Assembly (NCBI GenBank): GCA_963740085.1 | Contig: CAVUCU010000001.1 | Coordinates: 1,556,636-1,620,635 of the forward strand | From: Nitrospirota bacterium | Lineage (GTDB): Bacteria; Nitrospirota; UBA9217 | DNA length: 64,000 bases | Direction: 5' to 3' | Shown: one piece after another, positions 23,069 through 32,312 of the stretch | How the letters are laid out: each line of letters opens with the position of its first letter | Numbering within the stretch: position 1 is the first letter of the stretch | Notes under the pieces: generated by a model | Told to the model about the DNA's origin: nothing | The model's input: the letters and a program-made list of their open reading frames with translations, nothing else | Database searches by the model: none | Position numbers and translations under genes: made by a program

Positions 23069-24562
23069 CTACTCGCCGGCTTTTTTTATTGCTTCCTTGA
23101 TCTTCTCCGCGGTCGGATTCCGCTTCAAGGCATTCTGATAGAGGGACATCGCCTTTGCCTTCAGGCCCAGCTTTCCGTAGAAATTCGCGAACTCGAGATA
23201 AAAGTCCATTTTTGTCGGATCCATCTTGATCGCCTTTGCGAAATATTCTTCCGCGTCACGGCCTCTGCGCGGTATATGCATGAGGGCCATCGCCTGACGG
23301 AACACATACTCAGCATTGGAAGGATCAAAGCGGATGGCCCACTGGAAGGACTCTTCCGCATCCCAGAAGTTGCGTTCGGTATAATACTTCATTCCCTCGT
23401 TGAAGTGGGCAGCGGCGGCCGCCGAGTTGACCTCTTTGTCCGTCCCGGTCCTCTTCTTCGCGGGCTGCCGTTGCAAGCCGGCGGCAAGCTCCTGATCGTA
23501 CTTTTTGCGCCTGTCCGGACTGGCAAGCGTCTCGTGTGCCTCATGGATGGCGTTGAAGAGCGCCTCGAGCTCCGATTTCATCTCGTTCAGCGGCGGACCG
23601 AAATGCCGGTCCGGATGGTAACGCTTTGCCAGGGTAAAGTACGCTTTTTTGATCTCCCGCGCTGTAGCGTTGCGATCGACGCCGAGCACCTCAAAGTGGT
23701 TCTGCTGCGCGAGTTTCTTGTGGGCCTCGAGAAGCTTGGCCACGGTGAGCAGCTCCGCGGTCTCATGTTCAGGTATTTTCGTTTCTTGCACCGTGGCTGT
23801 ATCGCACGCCGCGTCGCAGACCTTCTTTGCCTCATCGGCTTGTTTAAGAGCTCCCGTCTCCGCGAGACGGAGCGCCAGCAGCCAGTAGATCGCCCTGAGC
23901 GTGTTAAAATCGCCAATGCCGGACAGAGAGCAGATCTCCCCGATGCTTTTGCTGCCGTCGATGAACTTCAGAACGGTCCGGTGGTCCTGCTCGAGCTCCC
24001 CGCCCTGCAGGGGAAGGGACCGGTCAGCAACAGACCGGAGAATTGTGGTGAGCGGCGGGAGCGACCTTCGTACGACCGACCATTCCGTTCCGCGGAGACC
24101 CTCCCTGATGAGGTCTTCGGTGCGTATCATGAGCGGGTCGATATCGACCCGGGACACGGGATCTTCGTCGATCACGTAGCTGCCGTTACGCCAATTGAAG
24201 AGACTGACTACGATCTGCCTGACCTGATACCGCACTCCTTCCTCAAGGATGTCGGGCGTGATATAGCCGAGCTCCACGAGGACCGCTCCCTGCTTGTTGC
24301 CTGTCCTTTTGACCTCCTCGGCGGCTGTGTCGCACTGCTGCCTGGTGATCGTTCCTGCGCGCTGCAGCCATTCACCCAGCCGGTCTTCGCTCAGGTTGGA
24401 AGAGGCGAAGAAAACATCCCCCCCGGCAAGGTAGACCTTTTTCACCACCGGATCATGCGCAAAGATAATGGTGCCGGTCTTTTTTTCAGCAAGCAGGCCC
24501 TGGAACAGAAGGGGCACGGTCATGTTTGTTATTGTTCCGCTCGACGCTACGAGGTTGCTCAC
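23069..24562 (-). CDS. DUF4388 + J-domain + TPR protein
   Basis: N-terminal KKTGTI...FASSN...RLGEWL, IKKAYFTLAKRYHPD J-domain, C-terminal TPRs. Confidence 0.85.
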   Translation of the reverse strand: MSNLVASSGTITNMTVPLLFQGLLAEKKTGTIIFAHDPVVKKVYLAGGDVFFASSNLSEDRLGEWLQRAGTITRQQCDTAAEEVKRTGNKQGAVLVELGYITPDILEEGVRYQVRQIVVSLFNWRNGSYVIDEDPVSRVDIDPLMIRTEDLIREGLRGTEWSVVRRSLPPLTTILRSVADRSLPLQGGELEQDHRTVLKFIDGSKSIGEICSLSGIGDFNTLRAIYWLLALRLAETGALKQADEAKKVCDAACDTATVQETKIPEHETAELLTVAKLLEAHKKLAQQNHFEVLGVDRNATAREIKKAYFTLAKRYHPDRHFGPPLNEMKSELEALFNAIHEAHETLASPDRRKKYDQELAAGLQRQPAKKRTGTDKEVNSAAAAAHFNEGMKYYTERNFWDAEESFQWAIRFDPSNAEYVFRQAMALMHIPRRGRDAEEYFAKAIKMDPTKMDFYLEFANFYGKLGLKAKAMSLYQNALKRNPTAEKIKEAIKKAGE

Positions 24563-24633
24563 CGGGTCTCCTTAAAACAGAAATAAGCATCACTGACACG
24601 GGGTTACACTGCCCACCCTGACCGGTATTGATC

Positions 24634-27111
24634 CTATCCGGTCCTCACCGGCTTGACTCCCCAGATCCTGTCGGCATATTCACCGATCGTCCGGTCGCTC
24701 GAGAACTTTCCCATGCCCGCTACGTTCAGGATGGCGCGCCTGGTCCACTCCGCGGGATCACGGTAAAGTGCGTCTACCCGTTCCTGGCAGGCAATGTAGG
24801 ACCCATAGTCCGCCAGCAGCAGATAGCGGTCTCCCTGTCCGATCAAAGCATCGAAGATCGGACGGAAGCGATTCGGCTCATCGGCTGAGAAGTAGCCCCC
24901 GTTGATCATGTCGAGCGCCTGTCTCAGTTCTTCGTTCGCATCATAGATATCCCGGGGTTTGTACCCGTTTGCCCGGATCGCGACGACCTCGTCGGTGTTC
25001 AGGCCGAAGATGAATATGTTCTCGCGTCCCACCTCTTCCATCATCTCGATGTTCGCCCCGTCCAGGGTCCCGATCGTGAGCGCGCCGTTCAACCCGAGCT
25101 TCATGTTGCCCGTGCCCGAGGCCTCGGTGCCGGCAGTTGAGATCTGTTCGGAAAGATCGCAGGCAGGGATGATCTTCTCGGCGTTCGAAACGCTGTAGTC
25201 GGGAATGAAGATAACTTTGAGCGCATTGCCTACCGCCGGGTCGTGGTTCACGATGTCCGCGACGCTGTGAATGAGCTTGATGATGAGCTTGGCCATGGCA
25301 TATCCGGGCGCGGCCTTGCCCCCGAAGATCACCGTGCGCGGCACCAGGTCTTTTACCCGGCCATTCCTGATGCGGTTGTACCGGGTCACGATATGCAGCA
25401 CGTTCAGGAGCTGCCGCTTGTATTCATGGATGCGCTTGATCTGTACGTCGAACATCGAGGCAGGATCGACCTCAAGCTTCAGTCGAAAATTGATGATCTG
25501 GGCCAAACGCTCCTTGTTCTTGCGCTTCACCTCGCGGAACTTCTTCTGGAACTCCGGATCTCCGGCAAGGGGGGCGAGTTTCCTGAGCTCAGAGAGATCG
25601 CTGACCCACTGCTCGCCGATGCGCGACGTAATGAGGGACGACAGGCCCGGGTTGGCCTGGTGCAGCCATCGCCGCGGCGTGATGCCGTTCGTGATGTTGA
25701 TGATCTTGCCGGGAAAGAACTGCTCGAAGTCGGAAAAGATGGTCTTCTTCATGAGGTCGGTGTGGATCTGCGACACGCCGTTCACGCGGTGGCTTCCGAC
25801 GATGGCCAGGTGCGCCATGCGCAGCCTTCGGCCGCCCGCTTCATCCACGATCGACATGCGCTTGAGCCGTTCGACGTCTCCGGGGTAGCAGTGGCGCACC
25901 TCTTCCAGAAAACGATAATTGATCTCGTAGATTATCTGGAGGTGCCGCGGCAGGAGCTCTTCGAAGAGACGCACCGGCCAGGTCTCGAGCGCCTCGGGCA
26001 TCAGGGTGTGGTTGGTGTAGGAAAAGATGCGCCGCGTGATGTCCCAGGCCTGGTCCCAGTCCAGATGATGGAGATCGACCAGCACCCGCATGAGCTCGGG
26101 GATGGCGATGGCCGGATGGGTATCGTTCAGCTGGATCGCGACCTTGTCCGGCAGCTTGTCCAGGTCCGGATGAAACTTGGTGAAGCGTCTCAGAATGTCC
26201 TGCAGCGACGCGCAGACGAAAAAGTATTGTTGTTTAAGCCTCAGTTCCCGCCCCATGCTCGTGGTGTCGTCGGGATAGAGCACCTTGGAAAGGTTCTCAG
26301 ATTCATTTTTATCCTGAACCGCCTTGATGTAGTTGCCTTCGTTGAAGTACTTGAGGTTGAAGTCGCGTGAGGCCTTGGCCGTCCAGAGACGCATGTTGTT
26401 CACCGTGCTGGTATTGTAGCCGGGTACGGGCGTATCGCAGGCCATGGCCATCACATCCTCGGTGTCGATCCAGTGAAAATGCGTCCTGCCCTGATCGTTC
26501 TTGAACTGCACCACACGGCCGCCGAACTTCACCGAAAAGAGCACCTCGGGGCGCGGGAAATCCCAGGGATTGCCGTAGCGCAGCCAGTTGTCGGGATGCT
26601 CCACCTGGTAGCCGTTCTCGATACGCTGGATGAACATGCCGTACTCGTAGCGGATCCCGTACCCGTAGCCCGGCAGACCCATGGTCGCCATGGAATCGAG
26701 CAGGCAGGCGGCAAGTCTGCCGAGCCCGCCGTTGCCGAGGGCAGCGTCCATTTCCAGCTCGCGGATGCGGTCGATGTCGAGCTCGAGATCGGAAATCGCT
26801 TCCCGGCATTCCTCGTAGAAGCCCATGTTCAGCAGGCTGTTCGCAAGCAGGCGGCCGGTCAGGAACTCCAGGGAAAGATAATAGACACGCTTTGCGTCGG
26901 ACCGGTAATAGCTGCGCATGGTCTCCATCCAGCGCTCGATCAGACGTTCGCGCACGGCATACGCGATCGTGTTGAACCAGTCGCGGTGGGTGGCGGTGAT
27001 CGGGTCCTTGCCGAGCGAGTAGATCAGCCGGTTGGCAAAGGAGTGTTTGAGGGACACCCGGTCCTGGCCGCGCTTGGAGTATTCGAAACCTTCCTTCTTG
27101 TTCGTGGTCAT
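24634..27111 (-). CDS. glgP: Glycogen/starch phosphorylase
   Basis: LGNGGLGRLAAC, QLNDTHP, KRIHEYKRQ, EASGTGNMK PLP site. Confidence 0.98.
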   Translation of the reverse strand: MTTNKKEGFEYSKRGQDRVSLKHSFANRLIYSLGKDPITATHRDWFNTIAYAVRERLIERWMETMRSYYRSDAKRVYYLSLEFLTGRLLANSLLNMGFYEECREAISDLELDIDRIRELEMDAALGNGGLGRLAACLLDSMATMGLPGYGYGIRYEYGMFIQRIENGYQVEHPDNWLRYGNPWDFPRPEVLFSVKFGGRVVQFKNDQGRTHFHWIDTEDVMAMACDTPVPGYNTSTVNNMRLWTAKASRDFNLKYFNEGNYIKAVQDKNESENLSKVLYPDDTTSMGRELRLKQQYFFVCASLQDILRRFTKFHPDLDKLPDKVAIQLNDTHPAIAIPELMRVLVDLHHLDWDQAWDITRRIFSYTNHTLMPEALETWPVRLFEELLPRHLQIIYEINYRFLEEVRHCYPGDVERLKRMSIVDEAGGRRLRMAHLAIVGSHRVNGVSQIHTDLMKKTIFSDFEQFFPGKIINITNGITPRRWLHQANPGLSSLITSRIGEQWVSDLSELRKLAPLAGDPEFQKKFREVKRKNKERLAQIINFRLKLEVDPASMFDVQIKRIHEYKRQLLNVLHIVTRYNRIRNGRVKDLVPRTVIFGGKAAPGYAMAKLIIKLIHSVADIVNHDPAVGNALKVIFIPDYSVSNAEKIIPACDLSEQISTAGTEASGTGNMKLGLNGALTIGTLDGANIEMMEEVGRENIFIFGLNTDEVVAIRANGYKPRDIYDANEELRQALDMINGGYFSADEPNRFRPIFDALIGQGDRYLLLADYGSYIACQERVDALYRDPAEWTRRAILNVAGMGKFSSDRTIGEYADRIWGVKPVRTG

Positions 27112-27263
27112 GAAGCCTCCAGAAAGGATGGATGGAGCATGCTCAATATTTAATTATTTTACCTGAAAAGAAAGAGGATGGGTATTTTTTTATTTTGCTG
27201 ACCGGAGGCCGGCCAAGGTAAGCATATCCGGTGGTACGATAGCGTTGAGCCTTCCCTGCATTG

Positions 27264-27692
27264 CTAACGCCATTTGTGTTGGCAAGAAAGGCATTGAGGC
27301 TTATGAACACAGATCATCTCGCCGCACTGGGGACAGGCCCACCGTTCCTTTTCGTTTCTCACGAAATGCCTTATGCCGAAACGTTTGATGTTCTCCAGAT
27401 TTTCAATCATGCTCATTCCATACCTGGTTCTATACCGCTTATCCAAATGGTTCAGCCTGGCGCACGGAAAGCCGTCGCAACTGAAACAATACTTGACTTC
27501 ATTGCTCACTATCTTCTGACAGTTCTTGATACGGCACGAGATGCAGGCCTTCGATTTGAAACCGTCGTCACCTCTACAGCCGGGGCATGCTTTTACCTCT
27601 CGTACATATGCGCGACAAAGGCGGCAGTTCATTCCGCAGGGTGCGATTAAGGTCGTGCGAATCACGTTTGTCTTTGTTGACTTATCTGACAT
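27264..27692 (-). CDS. Cys-rich DUF3795-like protein
   Basis: IAPCGMNCRLC, CPGC, CRIKNC, CFSCDGFPC, CPQCG. Confidence 0.8.
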   Translation of the reverse strand: MSDKSTKTNVIRTTLIAPCGMNCRLCRAYVREVKACPGCRGDDGFKSKACISCRIKNCQKIVSNEVKYCFSCDGFPCARLNHLDKRYRTRYGMSMIENLENIKRFGIRHFVRNEKERWACPQCGEMICVHKPQCLSCQHKWR

Positions 27693-27707
27693 TCCACCTG
27701 CACCTTG

Positions 27708-27888
27708 TTAGTTGTCCATGAGACAGTAAGCATGGCAAAACCAGCGGTATCATTTATTGACGTGAGTGAGAATTCCAGGAAAATATATCCCGGGCCTTGT
27801 CGTCTTTAAAGATGGGTTTCTTTTCGTTCCCGCGGGAAGTGACGTGATATACGGCGCAGGGATATTCTATGCGGAGGGGATGGGCCAT
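27708..27888 (-). pseudogene. N-terminal remnant of a REP-associated tyrosine (Y1/RAYT) transposase
   Basis: Manual translation MAHPLRIEYPCAVYHVTSRGNEKKPIFKDD; after a frameshift ...K*YRWFCHAYCLMDN*, ending just before the expected HUH motif. Confidence 0.8.
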
Positions 27889-28291
27889 GCGCTGAGATTA
27901 TCAGAAGATTTGTTGAGAGTCAAATAATATAGAGCTGGTGCTCTCAGCTTTTCGATCAAATGAAGTGTTTGGTTCGTTTACTTCTTTTCTCTATCGTTTT
28001 TCAAAATTTTCAAGAACTCATGCGTGTCCAGGAAAAAGTTGGGGTATGCGCGGCGTAGCGCTTCAACCGACGCAGTAAAAAAGAACTGCTGTTGCTGGCT
28101 GCCCGCCACAATCTCTTCTTCAGCCTTTAAATAATCAGAAGTTGCCTCATCGAACCTTTCCTGGCTATAAGCTTGGTATGTTATTGATCGTTTTATTGGA
28201 TCGAGAACAAGTAAATAATACTTGCCCTTTCTACGATCTGAATGAATAGCGTTAATAGCAGCTCCAAAGCCTTTCAGCTTCTCATCGACTT

Positions 28292-29344
28292 CCTGAATTC
28301 AACCAGCAAGTGCAACACTTGAGGCAGCGACCTCAATTGGCGTTTTATATCCCAGGCACTTTCTGGGCCGACTATTGATCAAGTACTCGATCAGCTTCAA
28401 CTGGTCTTTGTCAATCTTACTGAAGTCCGTGCCTTTCGGCAAGTACCATCTAACGAGGCCGTTCGTATTTTCGTTCGTGCCTCGCTGCCATGACGCATAG
28501 GGTCGCGCAAAGTAACACTTCATGCCGAGCTTTGCGGTGACCTTCTCATGTTTGGCGTTCTCGGTTCCATTGTCTAGGGTCAGTGTTCTTCGTCCCTTCA
28601 CTGGAAGCTTCCCGAGACGCCTGATGATCGTCTTGGAGGTCTCCGTAGCACTTTTCCGATCGAGCTTGGAGAGGATCAGAAGCCGGCTCTTTCGTTCGAC
28701 CAAAGTGTGGAGAGCCGCTTTGCTCTTCCGGGAGATAAGGGTATCACCCTCCCAGTGGCCATACTGCTTCCGATCTTCTACGGACTTCGGGCGGGCATCG
28801 ATTGGATTTCTATTGGGAATCTTGGTCTTTTTCTCTTTTCGGCCGATGCCCTTGGCTTTGCGCTTCTTATGAGCGCGACGTAAATGCTGTATCAACTCCA
28901 GCCGGATTTCCGTCTGGAGGTCATAGATAAACTGATAGATGGCTTCATGACTTATGAACTGGCCGGGATGGTCAATCGGAAGTCTTCCGGCAATTTGCTC
29001 GGGAGACCATCCTTCCTCCAGATTATTAACTACGTACTGACGAATCAGGTCATTCTTGAGCCGGGGCCGTTGGTGAACCTTTACCCAGCGCTGCTCGGCT
29101 CTCGCATGAGCTCGGCAGGGTGTATATCGGTTATACTCGGTGGAGGCGTTACGGCTTAGCTCTCGGGAGATAGAGCTTTTGTTTCGATCGAGCGCTTCAG
29201 CTATAAAGCCGATACTTTTACCTTCGCAACGATATTGAGCTATGAGCTCACGTTCTTCTTGATTCAGGTGATTGTACTGTTTTGGCATAGACACCTAGAG
29301 TAGCATGACCACCCTAAGTGTTGCACTTGCTTATTGAACTCGCG
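28292..29344 (-). mobile_element. IS30-family insertion sequence (1053 bp)
   Basis: 29-bp terminal IRs CCTGAATTCAACCAGCAAGTGCAACACTT / CGCGAGTTCAATAAGCAAGTGCAACACTT (24/29); 3-bp CTT duplication at 28289-28291 and 29345-29347. Confidence 0.92.
28299..29294 (-). CDS. IS30-family transposase
   Basis: WSPEQIAGR, GHWEGDT, TLDNGTE, WQRGTNENTNGLVR, RPRKCLGYKTP. Confidence 0.96.
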   Translation of the reverse strand: MSMPKQYNHLNQEERELIAQYRCEGKSIGFIAEALDRNKSSISRELSRNASTEYNRYTPCRAHARAEQRWVKVHQRPRLKNDLIRQYVVNNLEEGWSPEQIAGRLPIDHPGQFISHEAIYQFIYDLQTEIRLELIQHLRRAHKKRKAKGIGRKEKKTKIPNRNPIDARPKSVEDRKQYGHWEGDTLISRKSKAALHTLVERKSRLLILSKLDRKSATETSKTIIRRLGKLPVKGRRTLTLDNGTENAKHEKVTAKLGMKCYFARPYASWQRGTNENTNGLVRWYLPKGTDFSKIDKDQLKLIEYLINSRPRKCLGYKTPIEVAASSVALAG

Positions 29345-30168
29345 CTTTCAATTCATGAGATCTTTGAGTGACGGCTTCATATGTTTCTTTTCTGGTCATC
29401 CCACCAAAACCAGGTACTGGGGTGCGCTTTCTAAATGCGAAAATGCATTGCCAGTCAAAGCAAAAAAATCAAGCCAATCTTCAGGTCCTTCGCTTGACTT
29501 CAAAGCGTAATCTAAAAAAATGCCCATCGTTTCAACGGCTGTAGCCCAAGCATGCTGCTGTTAGTGCGAAGCTTGCAGCTTTAACAACAAGCCATTATAC
29601 TGGGTTGTAGTTAAATTATGATATTTATAGACAAGATGAACGCTCCGATAACCAGATGCTTTAGGGAAAGATATAATCGCGTTCACCTACGAGAAGTACG
29701 TGTAAAATAAGTCTTCTTATAGCTCGCATACAGTTGTTCAACTTGAGATAATGTGTTCACGACTGCTGCAAGCCACCAATATCTTGCATCCGGGTAAGTT
29801 GCATTTCAGGGAAGCGTGAAGCTATCAACAATCGAGGGTATGCGTTTTAGCCTTTGGGCGACCAGCGCATCTTTATCGATCATGTAGGGTTAGCTTCTTT
29901 CTCAGCGTCGCTTGAAATGTATTGATTGGATAGTTATGACATGCTCGCCAGTTCCCTAAAACATCAGCAGCCCACATCACGGCCTCTCGGGGACTATCGG
30001 CTCTCCTAAAAATATCACCGGCCCTGTTTACATCACTTTTTGAATATCTAAGGTCGACAATAGGTATTGTCATATTCTTCTCTCATATATTTTACGATTC
30101 TTTGAAAACAGAACATCGAGGGTATTCAGTATTTGCACCATTTGGCATTGTCGCGGCGCGATGCGCCG

Positions 30169-30225
30169 GGAGAACGCCCCGGGTGAGGGGCGCGATTTTA
30201 GCGTCCCTCTAGCCAATGGTTAAGA
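30169..30225 (-). other. attC-like integron recombination site (57 bp)
   Basis: Minus strand TCTTAAC-CATTGGCT-AGAGGGACGC-TAAAATC-GCGCCCCTCA-CCCGGGGC-GTTCTCC, starting 1 nt after the upstream stop codon. Confidence 0.65.
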
Positions 30226-30226
30226 G

Positions 30227-30772
30227 TCATCGGGCGGTTTTACTTCGCTCTACCCACCTACCGACAGATAGCGCTGAATACAGCTGACGCAGGTACTCAC
30301 GTTCTTTCTTGCGATGCATCCAGCCAATCAAAGAACCGTTGGGAAATAGCTCAGCATTAGGGTTATCGATCTTAATGAATTTTGGGAAGGGTGTGGAATG
30401 ATTATTCTGCTCATTGAGCATGATCACAGTCTGGTCGTTGCGCAAAAAGACCTTATAGAATTCATCGAGCTTCATCGGTTTTTCTGGCTTGAATAACTTT
30501 CTTGTTGTTTTGATGCGGTCTTTTCTATGTCCCCGGCAGAGCTGTCTAGGCAGCTTGTTCTTGTTGAAATCTTCCGTTGCTAGCTTTTCGAGGGCTTCCC
30601 TTGTAATGCCAATGACCCGCCAGCCATAATTTTCAATACCCATGATAGAAGTCAGTATGGTTGTCAGGTGTCCGTCACGAAAGTCATCGGGGCAGGCTTG
30701 TTTAGCCTTAAAGAGAGCAATATAGAGACCGTACAATGCTTTTCGTAGAGCGTGACCGGTCTTTAGTCTCAT
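30227..30772 (-). CDS. Hypothetical protein (181 aa), putative gene cassette
   Basis: AGGAG RBS before ATG 30772; lower GC; bounded by two attC-like sites. Confidence 0.75.
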   Translation of the reverse strand: MRLKTGHALRKALYGLYIALFKAKQACPDDFRDGHLTTILTSIMGIENYGWRVIGITREALEKLATEDFNKNKLPRQLCRGHRKDRIKTTRKLFKPEKPMKLDEFYKVFLRNDQTVIMLNEQNNHSTPFPKFIKIDNPNAELFPNGSLIGWMHRKKEREYLRQLYSALSVGRWVERSKTAR

Positions 30773-30778
30773 GGAGTC

Positions 30779-30835
30779 TCCTAATGGCGAGCGCAACCGT
30801 ACGTGCAATCGCTACGGTTTGCGCAATGGTTCGCT
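30779..30835 (-). other. attC-like site (57 bp, degenerate)
   Basis: Minus strand AGCGAAC-CATT-GCGCAAACCGTAGCG-ATTGCA-CGTACGGTTGCGC-TCGCC-ATTAGGA; stem with two unpaired bases. Confidence 0.55.
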
Positions 30836-31567
30836 ATCTGCATCCTTCTGCGACTGGATTGCCTCAAGGTGCACTTGTGCCTGTGGATCTATTGTAAGTC
30901 CGAACGTCTTCGCGGCGGCCTGCATGGCGAGATGCTGTATTTCTACAGCTAGCAAGATCAATAACGCTAGGCCGCGATCCGAAGGTTCATTGATCATCCC
31001 CTTGACTGCACCATCCTCGCCATACTCGAAGTACTTCTCAAGGTCGCGCACCGAAGAGTGAACAGATGAGCTTAGATAAGCATAGGTCGTGAGATACCAG
31101 TCTTCCAAATTGGCAAGCTGCGCCAATTGCCTGGTCTTCATCTCCTTGGCGGCCAGCGCATCAATTTCGTCTGCAAGTTTCTTCAGTTGCGTTGTAACAT
31201 CCTTTCCTGCAACTCGTGCCTTCAACGTCTCACCAGACACCTGCCCGAGATACTTTCCCGTCTTCTTACGAACAAGAAGATCCGCATCCATGAAAGCTAT
31301 CGCCGTTTTATAGTTTGCAGAACAGGCAGTGAGATTGAACAGTGCTTCAACTGCACAGCGGAGCATGACCCGTGCGGGTGCTCGCAGCCCTCGCTCAATG
31401 AGGAGCAATGACGTTTGCGTGTACTCAAGGACGCGAACGAAGAGTGCGCTGCAGAATAGGTCCTGCGCAGACTCAGATTGAACCTTGAAGGAGTATTGCA
31501 TCTTGTTCGCAATGCGATTGTACGCACGCGCCTCAGCTACCCAAGGCGCGTACTTGTCCCGGACCAA
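30812..31567 (-). CDS. DUF5677-like protein; true N-terminus probably frameshifted further upstream
   Basis: ARVMLRCAVEALFNL and YAYLSSSVHS pattern; an apparently frameshifted N-terminal fragment lies near 31590-31615. Confidence 0.65.
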   Translation of the reverse strand: MVRDKYAPWVAEARAYNRIANKMQYSFKVQSESAQDLFCSALFVRVLEYTQTSLLLIERGLRAPARVMLRCAVEALFNLTACSANYKTAIAFMDADLLVRKKTGKYLGQVSGETLKARVAGKDVTTQLKKLADEIDALAAKEMKTRQLAQLANLEDWYLTTYAYLSSSVHSSVRDLEKYFEYGEDGAVKGMINEPSDRGLALLILLAVEIQHLAMQAAAKTFGLTIDPQAQVHLEAIQSQKDADSEPLRKP

Positions 31568-31651
31568 TTAATTTTAATTGCTTCAGCTCAAAGCAAATAA
31601 AGCCTCTCATCAACGGAAGCTTGCGCGCTCAGGAATCGAAACTTCCCAGGC

Positions 31652-32004
31652 TTAAAGCTTCCTGAATCTATGACGCCCTTGCTCGATGACGACAAACGCC
31701 TTCTTAAGTTCTTCTGCCGAATAGGATTGCAGAACTACTTTGATCTCTTGATGTACGGAATCTAATGTGGAGGGGAGAACCGCAGGTATATGACTCCGGA
31801 ACCGGAACCGTGCACAAACACAAGACTTCCATAATCTCTGTCGCGTGTAACCAATATCCGCCCCCGCTCTCCTGCCATTCGGAGCAACTCGGCGTCAGAA
31901 GATCGGGAACAGCCCGCTTCGGAGGCGGTTACGACATCATGACCCAGACCTCTCAGAAATCGAGCGGTGGCCGCATATACGTCTTGATCGAGAAATAATT
32001 TCAT
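31652..32004 (-). pseudogene. DUF5615 PIN-like toxin, frameshift near 31765
   Basis: MKLFLDQDV, GHDV, ILVTRDRDYG; continues in another frame as SVHQEI...FVVIEQGRHRFRKL* to 31652. Confidence 0.8.
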
Positions 32005-32231
32005 GCGGGAGTTGAAATGTGGATTTCTTCGGCTGCCACAACATCAATAGCATACTCAAGGCATGCTTGAATATCCTCAACCTTCAACTCCGAATAGTAG
32101 TCCTTGATGATTGCCGCAAAAGAAAGCCCCTCTCTCACAAGTTCAAGAACGCTCTGGACGGTGATTCTGGTTCCAGCGATGCATGGTTTCCCAAAATGAA
32201 TGTTCGGATTAACTTCGATTCTTTCTTTCAT
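32001..32231 (-). CDS. DUF433-domain antitoxin
   Basis: RIEVNPNIHFGKPCIAGTRITV, EDIQACLEYA; ATGA overlap with the toxin gene. Confidence 0.92.
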   Translation of the reverse strand: MKERIEVNPNIHFGKPCIAGTRITVQSVLELVREGLSFAAIIKDYYSELKVEDIQACLEYAIDVVAAEEIHISTPA

Positions 32232-32312
32232 GTTTCACCTCGCGCCAAAATGCTTCGGAAGCATCCAACCAAGTTATTTTACAACAAAAAGCGGCTTTTG
32301 GCCATAAACATA

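Larger units (their letters stand above)
27956..30073 (-). pseudogene. RelA/SpoT-domain protein, IS30-interrupted and frameshifted
   Basis: Fragments YSKSDVNRAG, LVAQRLKRIPSI, RMQDIGG, PKASGYRSVHLVYKY, QHAWATAVE; LRRAYPNFFLDT beyond the IS. Confidence 0.85.

Noticed and set aside
27693-27715. CTAACAAGGTGCAG as an attC left half before DUF3795
   Set aside because: No matching right half is present and the sequence overlaps the end of the RAYT remnant.
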